This document shows, piece by piece, positions 12,900 through 26,424 of a stretch of 58,311 nt of DNA (the first letter of the stretch is position 1; every line of letters starts with the position of its first letter). Below the pieces are notes generated by a model. The model ran no database searches. It saw only the letters and a list, made by a program, of their open reading frames with translations, and was not told the origin of the DNA. The translations under genes were made by a program, and so were the position numbers. This DNA is from Vicugna vicugna. Its lineage: Eukaryota. Location of the stretch: NCBI GenBank assembly GCA_013265495.1, contig MU057936.1, forward strand, positions 198,016 to 256,326, read 5' to 3'.

Positions 12900-13326
12900 G
12901 TCAATCCTTAGCTACCCAGCCTTCAAAGCCTCTTTTATTAAAGGAATCCACTATTGTATCAGAAGAGGAAAAGCTGAAATAATTTTTCTCTCTGATCCCT
13001 GGCAGCTGGAGAAAGAGCACAAACATAGCAAGATGCTCTCAGGATTTTGTATCTGGAGGTAGAGATGAAAAGAACTAAGGGAGTTTAGAATTCATTCTAC
13101 TGCCAGTGTTGGTGGCAGACGCCCCTTACCTAGATGTTTTCTTTTGGTATCACCTTGACTTTCTGACATCCCAGCTCCCCTCTGTTCTTGCCTGTTTTCT
13201 ATTCCTGGTTCTCCAGCCTTCCTGTCAATTCTTCAAAGCACTTTATGTGTTTCCAATAAATTCTGTTTTGATGAAGTTAATTAAGGTCAGTTTTTATTTT
13301 TTGCAACAAGTTCCCTGACTGTATCA
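12900..13326 (+). mobile_element. Old ERVL-class LTR fragment (LTR33/LTR16-like)
   Basis: TTCCAATAAATTCTGTTTTG...GTCAGTTTTTATTTTTTGCAACAAG is a typical old ERVL LTR end. Confidence 0.5.
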
Positions 13327-13559
13327 AGTGATGTATGGAGAAATCCAGGAGGGTGCTTCCAGTGGATATTGGGGCCGTCAAGTGGATGTTGGTGCTACCA
13401 GAGGGATGTTGGTGCCTGGTTTATGTAGTCAGGCTTCCACCAAAGAAATTCGCTATGTTGAAAAGAATGTAGTTGACTTTCATGCTCAGTGATACTTTTT
13501 CTATAATACTCAAGCTCTTTATTTAAAGAAGTACGTGGTACAAAAATAGGATATATAAT

Positions 13560-14677
13560 TTAGAAAAAGATATATAATCACTAACACTGAGAGAAATGAG
13601 GTAGATATTTCTCGCATTAATTTTTAATTCTCAATCACAGCTTGACCTAACATTCCCCCACTCACTCCCTTTGCTTAAGTAGAGTGAAATTAACTTAATA
13701 TTTCTTGGCTGCTCCTTTTCTGGGTGATAATCTTTGATTCCTGAACTCTTAAGCAACTTTGCATCAAAAGCACCAACACCGTTTATTGTTTGATCTAGTA
13801 AGAGGGAGATAGAGGAATTAATATATTTTCTCAATATCTGGACTCATATTAGAAGAATGGCCAGATCAGGCTTCCTCTTGATGTTTAGCAGAAAGTAGTG
13901 TTCTGGAAATCTCTTTTATTTTTGTCCTTTCTTTTCTTGTCACAAAGCAAAAGAAAATATTCTTGCTGGCAAGGAACTTCTAGTCTTTGTGGAAAACTCA
14001 TGAAGGTCTTTTTGTTTTCTAATTAAAAGTTAATCTTAATCTACCGGGAGATCCTTGAACATTCTTATACTTCCTTCTAACTTGGTTGATTAAAATTTCT
14101 TATTTCTGATAGTGGGGTACATAAAATATTTGTCTACCTCACATTCAGAGGCATTTGCTGTTTGCTGTGTTTCAACAGGTTTATGTCCAACAAGCTCAGG
14201 CATTCTGATAACTTCTATTTATACTCTTCCCAATAAAAGAAAAATCTATATTGTATGGTTGTAATTGTATAAACTGCATTCCAAAATTTCTTCTGAAAGG
14301 AGAGAGTTTGTATTTCTGACACCTTATGTCTCCTCCACTATCACATTTTCAAGTGCAGGTGTCATAGGACACATTCATATCTTGATTTGACCACTGGCCG
14401 ACAACTTTATATCATGGGCATTAGCCCAATAGGTGGTAGGGATATTCCTGGAAGCCATTCCTACATAATGGAACAAGTCACAATTTCCTAATTATACACA
14501 GAAATTACTGTCGACCATGTAAATATACTCCACTCACTAGATCCACACTCCTATCCTAAATTTATTCATGGGATCCCCTCCAAGACCTTTGGGTGTATGG
14601 AGGCAGGGGGGAGTTTCATGCTATTAATAGGGCCCCTCAGGTTTAAGCTTCATTTGCTTCACAGTAAATCCATCTCT
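13560..14677 (-). mobile_element. hAT-Tip100 (Zaphod/MER115-like) fragment
   Basis: Terminal GGGCCCCTCAGGTTTAAGCTTCATTTGCTTCACAGTAAATCC and internal ATTCCTGGAAGCCATTCCTACA match the recalled consensus; left boundary approximate. Confidence 0.6.
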
Positions 14678-14679
14678 TG

Positions 14680-15740
14680 GTTTGCTGTAAGATTATATTA
14701 CTTTTTTCTCCAAATGGATAGCCAGATGTCTCAACATCATTTATTGAGTGATCTGTCTTACTTAATCAATTTGCAGTGTCACTGTTACTCTAAACTCCCA
14801 TATATATAATGAGTCCCTTTCTGGAGTCTATGTTTCCACCAGTATATTTGTCTCTGTCATTATCATACTGTTTTATTTACAGTGGCTTTATAATAGATTA
14901 TGATATTTGGTAGAGCAAAAGTTTCCACTACACTATTTAGTACAGGTTTTTAAAAATTAGCTTATCATGTTCTGTGAAAATTAAACCTGCAATTTTGATT
15001 GGAATAGTATTGAATTTAATCAATAGTATTGAATTTAACTTAAGATTTTCTTACTTTCTCTAGAACTAATTGGAGTTTATAGGCTTCCTGCTCACGGAGA
15101 TGAAAAACTTCACAAGCTTTTAATTTTCTCCACTCCCTCTCCCATTCAGCTCTAACTATCGTGTCAATACCTTCTGGTATTTCAGATCTAGATTGATACC
15201 CAACGTTGTTTCTTTAACAGTCAGCATTTATTTATCCCCAAACTAAGGTTTAGTCATCTTTTTGACTCACCGTTGCTTTTTGTATTTCACTTGCACTTAG
15301 ATTTACTTTCCTCCTTAATTAAGTATGTCATGGAGTATTTCATGAAGGACCTCAATGTTTGACCATGTTCTGAATCATTTTCTGCCTCGGGTTATCTGTA
15401 CTTTGCCACTTTGCCCGCATACTTGAGTGATAGCTGAATAGAACGTGGAAATCTGAGTGTAAAGTTATTTTCCTTCAGTACTTGGAAGATTTTATTCTGT
15501 TTCTCCTTTACCTAATGATGCTGGTAAAAATTCTGACACCAATCACATTCTTAATCATTTGTAAATATTCTTCTTCCTCTAAATGAAGGTTTTTAGTTTT
15601 TTTTTTAAAATCCTGGTTATCTGAAATATGTTTTACCCTTTGTCTGCGAGTGAAACACTTTTTAAAAATTATCCTGCTTAGTACTCACCAGATCTTTTCA
15701 GTACGCGGATTGCATTGGACATTGAATACCTTCACAGAAT
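14680..15740 (-). mobile_element. Old L1 fragments
   Basis: AAATGGATAGCCAGATGTCTCAACATCATTTATTGA and TTTTGATTGGAATAGTATTGAATTTA are antisense L1 ORF2 motifs. Confidence 0.6.
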
Positions 15741-16769
15741 CCTTGACCATCTCCCTCTTTCTGCCTGGTGAAGTCATAGCTTTTGAGGATGGACCACAGG
15801 AGGATTTCAACAATCAGCTGCTAGGAAATAACCCAGCAAAGCCTCACTCCATGTCTCTGTGCTGGTGTTTCTCACCGCTTCACTTCCTGAATCAAGTGAA
15901 GTGGTCACACCGCAAGAAGGTAGTATCTAGTGTCCTGAGGGGCTGATGAGAGGCTGGATAATGTCTCTCTGAAGTGTGGAAGAAGCTCCCATGGAGTGAG
16001 CCTTGACCAATGAGAAATGGGAGGCAGAAGGAGCCTGGAAGATGAATACCACCACCATCCTCTTCCACACTGTCAGTTGGTCTGAGGCATGGTTTTGCCT
16101 TCTAGCCACCGGACAAGCCTGCTCAATGAATGATCTGCTGAGTCTTTGTGGCTCACTGTGAAGCAGTGGCCAGCATGATAACGCATAACATCACATTTCT
16201 TCACATCTTTCCCTGCCTAATGTTCCATTTTCCTCACCCTCATTGCTGTGGGTTTGTGCCTTCTAACTAAATCAGCATCTTAGCAGCGCTTAAACTGAGC
16301 CTCAGCCTCTGTTTTCTAAAGATTGAGGCTAAAACTCATGTATTGGTCAGTTCTTGGAATTTCCCCATCTATTATATTCTTTGTTATATATTATTTTTAT
16401 TTTCTCATATCTTTTCTACATGTTACTTCTTTGAGAATTTTCTCTATTCTTTTTTTTTTTTGAAAGCAGATTAGCAGATTGCAATTTCTGTCATTTCTTG
16501 GTCCTATTGTATTGTGGGAGCACTGCTTTGGTTAATTTTCCAGCTCACTAATTTGCTATTCAGCAATGCCTATTTTGTTATTCAGTCCATTTATTGGCTT
16601 TTTTATTCCAACAATCAATTTTTTAATTTCCATGACCTCTAGTTTATTATTTTGTGGACACAAATTTTTTTGTTGCTCTCTGGGATTATTAAGTACACCT
16701 ATTCTAAAGTACTGTTCTTACTATGCTAATGCTTTATCTTTGGGTGTAATTGAGATTTTTGGTATGTAT

Positions 16770-17205
16770 TTTTATTTTGAAATATCCACAAAGTTACAGA
16801 CAATTAAAAGCTTAGTACGAATAATTTATGGCTTCTGAAGTATTTGAGAATAAGTTGTTGGCCTGATGTTTCATCAGCCCAAACACGTTAGTGTGTATTT
16901 TCTGCAAAAACAAGGAAATTCTCCTAAAAACTACAATACAACAATCAAAATTGGGTGATAAACATTGATATATTACTACTGTATAATACTCATTGAGGCC
17001 TTTCCAGTTATCCCCCACATGTCCTATGCAGCAAAAGGTTTCAATCCAGAATCTCATGCTACATTTATTTGTCATGACTTTTAGCTCCTTTCAGTCTGGC
17101 ACAATTCTTCCAATCTTTCTTTGTATCGCATGGCTTGACACTTTTGAAGATCCTAAGCCAGTCATTTTATAGAATGTCTCTGAATTTGGGCTTGTGTAAT
17201 GTTTT
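16770..17205 (-). mobile_element. Old L1 (L1MC-like) 3'UTR fragment
   Basis: CTTGACACTTTTGAAGA...CCAGTCATTTTATAGAATGTCTCTGAATTTGGG. Confidence 0.6.
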
Positions 17206-17303
17206 GAGTATAAGGGTTTTTTTTTTTCCATTTGTTCACTTTGATATTTCTTTTTTTTAATTCATTTTTATAACTTTTCTTCAAACATTTGATGATGATT
17301 CTT

Positions 17304-17434
17304 TTTTTTTTTTTTGGTGAGGGAGGTTATTAAATTTGTTTGTTTGTTTGTTTAACGGAGGCACTGGGGATTGAACTCAAGACCTCGTGCTTGCTAAGCC
17401 AGCGCTCTACCATTGAGCTACATCCTCCCTACCA
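17304..17434 (-). mobile_element. tRNA-derived SINE (Vic-1-like)
   Basis: TSD ATGATGATTCTT at 17292-17303 and 17435-17446. Confidence 0.9.
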
Positions 17435-18636
17435 ATGATGATTCTTGATTGTGTGCTCATGTTTGATTTTGAGATTCCTTGTTAGACATTCAGCTTTATG
17501 AATTTAGAAAGCCAGGTGAGGTCAGGGGTAGGGCAGCTTGTACTCTGGCCAGTTATTAGTGACACTGGAGAGAATTAGCTCGTGGTTTTGGTGAGGTGCC
17601 GATTTTCTGGGTTTGGATGCTCCTTGTTCTTCCTGGGTATTACCAGCCACCTGTGGGTACTGTCCCAACCCTCTGACCTGAGCTTCCACACATACTGCTC
17701 TGATCTAAAAGCACTCACTGCTCTTGCCACTGCTACGTGCGGGGAGTAGGAAGCAGTTGTGGGTAAAGGTACATGTTCTTCCTGTGGGTGCCCAACTTAT
17801 CACCCTCTTGGATGCCTCCAGGCTACTTGTTCCTCATGATACAAAAGTGGAAAACACTTTTGTATCAGTCCTATACTGGATACTTGGGGCTGTGATTTCC
17901 TTCTTCAGCTTTCTCCCATGTGCTTTCCATATATCAGGGATTCCTCACAGTTTCTGATCTACTGAGGGCAATGATGCATGGTCATTATAAAAAAAATATA
18001 GTGTAATAAATTATAAAAAAGAAGTTAAAATCTCCTGAAATCCTACTACCCCAAAATAACCATAGTTATTATTTTGAAATTGATTCTTCTAGTCAGAAGT
18101 CCTTGTATACACACAGACACACTCACCCCACACACGTACAGTTTTCTCATAAATGGCATCATACTTTCCTGTAACCTGAATTATTTTACTTAACAATATG
18201 CCTGTCTAATTTTTCAGACTTTGTGCTCATATATCATCCAGTTCAGTGCTACTTTAAATGCTGATCTGCAAACTTTAGTAACTGCAACAAGATAAGAGCT
18301 TGGTCCAGGGTGTAAATGGAGTATTTCACCAAACACACTGTTTAGTTAAACATATTTTGTGGAAGCAAGACTTTTATCAATGAAGGAAGCATTGAATTGC
18401 GTTATATTCTGGTACAAACTCTGTATCTTGTTGTAGGGCATCAGATCAGCATTTGAGTAGTCACAGTAGAGGCTCAGGAAATTGTTTATTGTATTGTAAT
18501 ATAATTGTATTGTAATAAAAAAGCAATGAAACAATTCTCATTTGAGGATCATACGTGACCTTTCCTAATCTATATTTTCCCATTTTCTCTGGACCAGATT
18601 TTCTCATGTCAGTTTGCTTACAGAACTCTTTTCTGG

Positions 18637-18844
18637 TAGCTCACAGCGAAAAAAAATATGACAATGAATATATGTATGTTCATATATAACTGAAAAATTG
18701 TGCTCTACACTGGAATTTGACACAACATTGTAAAACGACTATAATTCAATTAAAAAAAAGTTTAAAAAATAAAATAAAATAAAATACTGCAGAAATCAAA
18801 ATAAAGTAAAATATCAAAAAAAAAAAACCCAAAACCCAAAAAAG
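18637..18844 (+). mobile_element. Young 5'-truncated L1 with composite A tail
   Basis: TSD CTCTTTTCTGG at 18626-18636 and 18845-18855; L1 3' terminus motif. Confidence 0.85.
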
Positions 18845-21473
18845 CTCTTTTCTGGATGTCTTTTTCAAATTACTTTAAATCCTAGATTCATTCCCTCAGA
18901 ATTTCTACCACTACCCCAGGAAATTTTTTTAAATGACAATTCTGCATTTTCCTTGTTTTTCCTACCTGAGTTTGATTTGCTGTGATTTTCTGTGTTTTGG
19001 CTTTAAAGAGTATGTATGGTTTAGCAGTTGTACATGATATCCAGCGATCACCCAAGACAAGAAGTCCTTTCTCTTTTTTGAAGTGAAAGTAGGTGTTGAC
19101 ACCATTTAGTTTGCTTTTTTATTGTGGTACTTTTTAGAGCCTTAATGTGATAATGTGTACTGTGAATCTCTAGGAGATGGGTCATAATACAGTGTTTTCC
19201 AAAATTAATTAATCATATACCTTTTTAAAAAAGATGAATGTGTCTCAGACCAAATGTTTCCCAAATATATACTCTGGGAAATGCTACCTTATGCCCAAAA
19301 ATACTGCATTAGGAATCCTCTGTCTCTTCAGTATGAACCATCATAGCCACCTCAAGTACTCACCAGTGTGCTTTCTCCTCTTTTATCAAATATTGCTGTT
19401 AATGAAGAAAAAGATGACCAAATACTTTATCTTCTATGTCAAACATGGCATCTTTAGTTGATGAGACTGTATCATGTGATCCTTTGTGTTGTGAGGTAGG
19501 GGTAAGAAGCCTTACTGGAAGCTAAAACTCATACCACAAAAGCCATGACCTGCTTACCACCCACCCCCAAAAGTCATCCTGTTCAGATAACTGGCCAAAC
19601 CTCAAGAAGCTAGGGATCATTTATATCCTTTCCCTTTCCCTCTCTCTTTCCTTCCCTGAAGATGTCTAGCACATCAGGTTGCAGGAAATTGTCACCCTTG
19701 GGGACTCATGAACCTTATTAAGCATCAATCCCATGGCCTGTGCTAACCAAGATCACCTAACCTTTTTTTGAGGCTAGTTGGAGAAGTCAAGATAGTCTCA
19801 AAAATAATAATTTCATGGCTCAGGAGTAAACACCTGACAGGTTATATGGCATTTGTAGAAAAATAAACACAAATCTTTACATGTAAAATATGCCTCCAAG
19901 AGAAATTGCTGAAAGGAAAAGAATTAAATGCCTAAAAGAGTGTCTTATCTCCAAGAGAATGAAAAGAAAACTGTGAGGGCAGGAGGATTAGGAAGATTCT
20001 AATGTCCTAAAATCCTTTTAAAATGCCAAAGTTGTTGGTTGACAGAAAGCCCAAAAGTTAAATACAATCCAAAGATAAAGACAGATGATCCCCTTTCCTG
20101 AGTCACTGAAGAATAAAAACATTCCTTAATAAGCAATCTTCCTGGTTGGAAGAAAAGTTTCCCCCTGCCCCCATGCACCACCAGAAGTACCTTGTATATT
20201 ACTGAACTGAGACCAAAAGGTAAGGAGTTCACCTTACTATCAGCGGACTTCTCTCTAGTACTCTTTATCCACAGATACACAGAGTTTACAAAATAGTAGC
20301 AGAGCAGCCTAAGGGTTATTAAAAGCACAAGCCTTAGAATCCAGCAATGGCTAGAGTATAAGAAAGAGCTGATGTGAAGTGTACAAACAATGTGCCCCAA
20401 GCGTCTCTATACATAATTGTTTCACAGTTTGTTAATAGGTCTCTTAAGTTCCTTTTAATCTCTAGGTTCCCTCTCTGATTTTTTTTCTTGAAAATTATTT
20501 ATTAAAAAACTTGGTCAGTTGCCCCATAGACTTCTCCAGAGTCAAGGTTTTGCCAATTAAATCCCTGTGATGTCCTTTAGTATGTTCCCTTGCTGTTCCC
20601 TCTGAATTGATAGTTCTAGAGGCTTTGGTTAACCTGAGGTAGGAGTTTGAATAGGAAGTCAGGATAACTGCTTCTCTCTTTCACTTTAACTATCAGTTTT
20701 CCAAACATCTTCCTAAGAAGATTTTTCACATATCTTCTTAGATATTTTAAATATGAAATCCTGGATTTAGACATATTTGGTGCTTAAAATTTATCATAAG
20801 CAGTAATGATTCTTATCGATGCTCCTCTTATCCCATATTTGGCCTGTGGGATCCTTTTCCAGTTGGCTCCCAAGATCATTTAACATGTAAACGTTGGAAA
20901 TGGGATTTAACCCAAGAAGCCTGGCGTTAGAGCAAACCAAAAAGCAGTCTGCTTTGATATATAAGATATTTTGAACCTATTTGGCCACTTTCCTAAAAAA
21001 TTCAATCTTCCCATCATGTGAAATGTGTAGTCATGTGAGCTGGCTCATTTTACAGGTTAAATATTTTCAATTAAGGTAACAATGGTCTGAATAAGAACAT
21101 ACTGACAGATTTCTTTCTTTGGGAAGTAGACTTCTCTTTTCCCCTGAGATCAGCAGATCAGATGAAAATTCACTTGAAATGAAGACCAATATTATAATTA
21201 GCATTCAGACAAATAAACCTAGTTTATGTCTCTGTAAGCCATTTAATAACACCAAAGACATGGTTCTTGAAAGAAATAATTGATAAACTGTGTTTCATTA
21301 CAATTAAAAACTGCCCTGTGAAAGATGATGTTAAAAGACTGAGAAGACAAGCCACAGATTGGGAGAAAATATTTTCAGAAGATAAACCTGATAAAGGACT
21401 GTTATCCAAAATAGACAAAGAACTCTTAAAACTTAACAGTAAGGAAATAACCTGATTTAAAAATGGACCACAG

Positions 21474-21578
21474 GGAGATGGGGGTATAGCTCAGTGGTAG
21501 AGTGCATGCTTGGTGTATATAAGGTCCTGGGTTCAATCCCCAGTGCCTCTGTTAGAGGGAAAAAATAAAACAATTTTT
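21474..21578 (+). mobile_element. tRNA-derived SINE (Vic-1-like, short form)
   Basis: GGGGTATAGCTCAGTGGTAGAG...GGTTCAATCCCCAG; TSD AAAATGGACCACAG at 21460-21473 and 21579-21592. Confidence 0.9.
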
Positions 21579-22219
21579 AAAATGGACCACAGACCTTAAC
21601 GGACACCTCACCAAAGAAGATAAAAAGATGGCAAATAAGCATACAAAAAGATGTTCCACATCATACATCGTCAAGGAATGCAAACTAAAACAACAATAAG
21701 AAACTACTACCTACCTATTAGAATGCCCAAAATCCAGAGCACTGACAACAGTACATGCTGGCTAGGATATGGAGTAAAAGGAACTTTCATTCATTGCTGG
21801 TGGGAATGCAAAATGGTCACAGCCACTTTGGAAGACATTCTAGTGGTTTCTTACAAAACTAAACATACTCTTACCATGATCCAGGAATCACATTCCTGAC
21901 TATTTACTGAAAGGAGTTGAAAACTTATGTTTACACAAAAACTTGCTTGTAGATGTTTATAGCAGCTTTATCCACAATGTCTAAAGCTTGGAAGCAACCA
22001 AGATATCCTTCAGTGGTGAATGGATAAATAAATTGTGGTAAATCCAGACAATGGAATACTAATCAGTGCTAAAAAGAAATGAGCAATCAAGCCATGAAAA
22101 GACATAGAGGAAACTTAAATGCATATTACTAAGTGAAAGAAGCCAATCTAAAAAGGCTACATAGTATATGATTCCAACTATATGACATTCTAGAAAAGAC
22201 AAAAATATGGAAACAGTAA

Positions 22220-23758
22220 TCAAAGCAGTATGGTATTGGCATAAAAACGACACCTAGATCAATGGAACAAAATAGAGCCCAGAAATAAACCCACACATAT
22301 ATGGTCAATTAATTTAGGACAGAGGAGCCAAGAATATACAATGGAGAAAAGGCAACCTCTTCAAAAAATGGTGTTGAGAAAACTGGACACTATATGTAAA
22401 AGAATGAACCTGGACCACTGTCTTTACACAAAAATCAACTCAAAATGGATTAAAGTCTTGAACATAAGTAATCCCTGAAACCATAAAACTCACAGGAGAA
22501 AACATCGGTAGAAAACTTCACATTGGTCTTGGTGATGGTGTTTTGAATTTGACACCAAAAGGAAAGGCAAGGAAAGCAAAAATAAACAAGTGGGATTTCA
22601 TCAAACTAAAAAGCTTCTGAACAGCAAAGGAAACTATCAACAAAATGAAAGGGCAACCTACTGGATGGGAGAAAATATTTGCAAATGATAAATCTGATAA
22701 GGGGTTAATACCCAACATAAAGAACTCATGCAACTCAATAGCAAAAAAAAATTGATTATTAAAATGGACAGAAGATCTAAATAGACATTTTTCCAAAGAA
22801 GACATAGAGATCGCCAACAGGTACATGAAAAGGTACTTAACGTCACTAATCACCAGGGAAATGCAAATCAAAACCACATGAGATATCACCTCGCACCTGT
22901 TAGAATGGCTATTATCATAAAGACAAGAAATAACAAGTATTGGTGTGGATGTGGAGAAAAGGAAACCCTTGTGCACTGTTGATGGAATTGTAAATTGGCA
23001 CAGCCAGTATGGAAAACAGTATGGAGGTTCTCGAAAAAGTTAAAAATAGAACTAGCATATAATCCAGCAATTTCACTTCTAGGTATTTATCCAAAGGAAA
23101 TGAAAACAATAACTCAAAAAGATATATACACTCCCATGTTTATTGCAGCATTATTTACAATAGCCAAGACATGGACGCAACCTAAGTGTCCATTGATAGG
23201 TGAATAGATAAAGAAAATGTGGCATATATATACAATGGAACAATATTCAGCAATACAAAGAAGGAAATCTTGACATTAGTGACAATATAGATGGATTTGG
23301 CGGACATTAGGCTAAGTGAAATAAATCAGAGAAAGACAAATACCATATGACATATGATCTCCCTTATATGTGAAACCTAAAACCAAAACCAAAAAACCCA
23401 AAACAAAAACCAAACTCATAGATATATAGAACAGAATGGTAGCTGCCAGAGCAGAGGCAGGAGGTGGGGAGTGAGCAAAATGTGTCAAGATGGTAAAAAA
23501 TTACAAACTTCCAAATACGTCATGGGTTGTAATGTACAGGAGGGTGACTATAGTTAATAATGCTGTAATAATACTGTGTATATTCAAAAGTTGTTAAGAG
23601 ATTGAATCTTAAAAGTTCTTATCATAAGAAAAAATTTGTAACTGTGTATGGTAACAGATGTTAACTAATTGTGATCTTTTCACAATATATACAAATATCA
23701 AATTATATTGTATACCTGAAACTAATGTAATGGTATATGTCAGTTATATCTCAATTTC
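22220..23758 (+). mobile_element. L1 (L1MA-like) nested in the older L1
   Basis: 19-bp TSD AAAAATATGGA(AA/GG)CAGTAA at 22201-22219 and 23759-23777; ORF2 C-terminal remnant [33 protein letters not shown]. Confidence 0.9.
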
Positions 23759-24263
23759 AAAAATATGGAGGCAGTAAAAATATTAGTGGTTGAGAAGGGA
23801 GGAGGGAATAGGTGAAGAGGATTTTTAGGGCAGTGAAAGCTGTAGGTTTCTATCATAATGGATACATGTCACTATACATTTGTCTGAACCCATAGAATAT
23901 ACACCACCAATAATGAACCCTAATATAAACTATGGCTTTGAGGTGATTATATCAATGTAGGTTCATCAGTTGTAACAAATGTCCCACTCTGCTACTGGAT
24001 GCTGATGGTGGCATAGGCTATGCATAGGTGGGGCCAGGGAATGTGTGGGAAATCTCTGTGCCTTTCTCTCAATTTTGCTGTGAGTCTAAAACTGCTCTAA
24101 AAATAATCGTTAACAAATTACAAAACAACACATGGTTTGATGGTGGGCTGGATTTGGCTTGCAGGCCACAGTTTGGCGACCTATAGTATAAGATAAACCA
24201 ATTTGTGATGAAACGGGTAAATGTGTATCTGTGTCTGTTGATGTATGTGTATCACCATGTGTC

Positions 24264-24719
24264 TGTTATCGAGCAAGGGCTCGCCGCCCAATGCACACAG
24301 AAGCCAATACTATGACACTAGCTTTTGAAGAAAGAAAGCTTTATTGCAAGGTCGACTGGCAAGGAAACAGAAGGCAAGGCTCTGAAATCTGTCTCCTCGA
24401 TCCAAGGTTGGGGTGAAATTTAAGAGGTTAGTTGAATAAGCTGATTGGCTTGTCTCAAAGCTACTTGTACTGCTGGAAGCCAGATTTTCCTTACCGAAGG
24501 ACTTCTCACTTCGTAAAGGGCTCTGGAGGCAACATTTCTATTCTTTGAGTTCTGTACAATGAAGATTCTTGGTTCTGGGGTCATCCTGGAGACATGGATT
24601 CCTGTCTTGCATGTGCACAGCGCTGTCTCTGTAAAGAAACTCCAGGTTTGGTTCATCAACAATGTATTTTAAGGAAGCCAAGCCAGTTTAAGTTGGTCAG
24701 TGTTTTACATGCTGTTTCA
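24264..24719 (-). mobile_element. 3' LTR of deleted ERV1 provirus (ERV-A)
   Basis: TG...CA ends, antisense AATAAA (CTTTATT near 24340), adjacent polypurine tract (antisense of AATCCTCCCTTTTTCCTCT, 24720-24738). Confidence 0.8.
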
Positions 24720-24837
24720 AATCCTCCCTTTTTCCTCTGTACATCCCTCAATCTTGAGGGAAATAGGGCGATGACTGCTCTAGTTCTTCGATAAATAGTA
24801 AAAGGATTAACCCTAAGATACACAGAACTATGACTTC

Positions 24838-25422
24838 TTTTTTTTCTGTATATATATGTTTTTTTCTTATTGAAGTTTAGTCATTTTACAATGTTGTATC
24901 AGTTTCTGGTGTATGGCATAATGCTTCAGTCTTACATGAACATACATATATTTATTTTCTTATTCTTTTTCACCATAAGTTACTACAACATATTGAATAT
25001 AGTTCCCTGTGCTATACAGCATGAACTTGTTGTTTACCCATTTTGTATATATTAGTTAATATCTGCAAATCACAAACTCCCAATTTATCCCTTCCCCCCG
25101 GTAACCATAAGTTTGTTTTCTATGTCTGTGAGTCTGTTTCTGTTTTGTAAATAGGTTCATTTTTCTTTTTTTTAGATTCCAGATATGAGTGATATCATAT
25201 AGTATTTTTCTTTCTATTTCTGGCTTACTTAATTTAGAATGACATTCTCCAGGGCCATCCATGTTGCTGCAAATGGCATTATTTTATTATTTTTTATGGC
25301 TGAGTAGAATTCCATTGTATAAATATACAACAGCTTCTTTATCCAGTACTTTGCCAATGGGCATTTAGGTTGTTTCCATGTCTTGGCTATTGTATATAGT
25401 GCTGCTATGAACATTGGGGTGC
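24838..25422 (-). mobile_element. Young L1 3' fragment inside ERV-A
   Basis: ORF2 end MFIAALYTIAKTWKQPKCP...MPFAATWMALENVIL; T-rich tail on the left; no clear TSD. Confidence 0.9.
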
Positions 25423-26424
25423 TAATTTTAACAGGCCTTCTTCATTTGGGAATCCATGAAAAACATGTTATTTTTTTAAAAACATTTTTAGTGATTTAAT
25501 TTGGATTTATATAGGCCTGGTCTAGACTCTTGGGGAGAAACAGTCTTCTCTTCCTGGCCAAGGTGGGTCTTAGCTGTCCTGTTTCTTTTTGGAAAGTAAT
25601 TTAAAGACAGTTAAGAGTTTACAACTGTAATTAGGGGCTGAGAAATTGATAGTAGGTTTCCCTATGATGTTACGATGGTTGAGTCCTCCTATTTCCTCCT
25701 ATCCATGGAGAGTGTGCTATTTGGGAACTGGCCATTCCATTTAGGCTGATTTTTCCAAGTTTTGAGGAGAACCCAATCCCCTGACCTTATTTATGCAGTG
25801 TGGGGGAACGTCTGTAAGAAACATTGACTAGAAGCATATAAAGTAACACCTAGAAACTATGCATATTTTATAGTATGTAATTCTTTTATAATATGATCAG
25901 TTTCAAGACTGCAATAAAACTTAGTTTTAAGGAAGGTCTCCCATACAGCATTTCATGAGGGCTCAATTGGAGCTTGCTTCTAGGGGCTGCTCTTACTCTA
26001 AGCAGAGCAATTGGTAAGACCCTATCCTAGGTTAAGTTGGTTTCTTGACATATTATAGCGATTGTCTCTTTAAGGTATGATTTATGTTTTCAGTTTTCCT
26101 ATAGACTGAGATCTCTATGACGCATGTAATTTCCATCATATTCCAAGGGCCCCAGACACCTCTTGAGTTACCTTGGCTGTGCGAGCTCCTCTGCTGTCAC
26201 TTTGAATTGAAACTGGTAACCCAAAATGAGGGATTATTTCTTTTAGTAAGGACTTTGTTACGTTGGAAGCTCTCTGTCTGGCATGAAAAACTTCTACCCA
26301 TCCTGTGAAGGTGTCCACAAATACCAGCAGGTATTTCTAATTTCCCATGGCTCTTGGCATAACAGTAAAATCTATTTGCCAATCACCTCCTGGTTCTGTC
26401 CCTTTGGTTTCTACCCCTTTTATT

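Larger units (their letters stand above)
21250..24110 (+). mobile_element. Old L1 (L1MB/MC-like) ORF2 end plus 3'UTR, hosting a SINE and a second L1
   Basis: ORF2 remnant KEIIDKLCFITIKNCPVKDDVKRLRRQATDWEKIF; 3'UTR resumes at 23759. Confidence 0.85.

Noticed and set aside
13355..13418. Three 20-bp-period repeats (GGATGTTGGTGC-like)
   Set aside because: Tiny degenerate minisatellite without spacers; not CRISPR-like
15003..15038. Direct repeat AATAGTATTGAATTTAA x2
   Set aside because: Local slippage duplication within old L1
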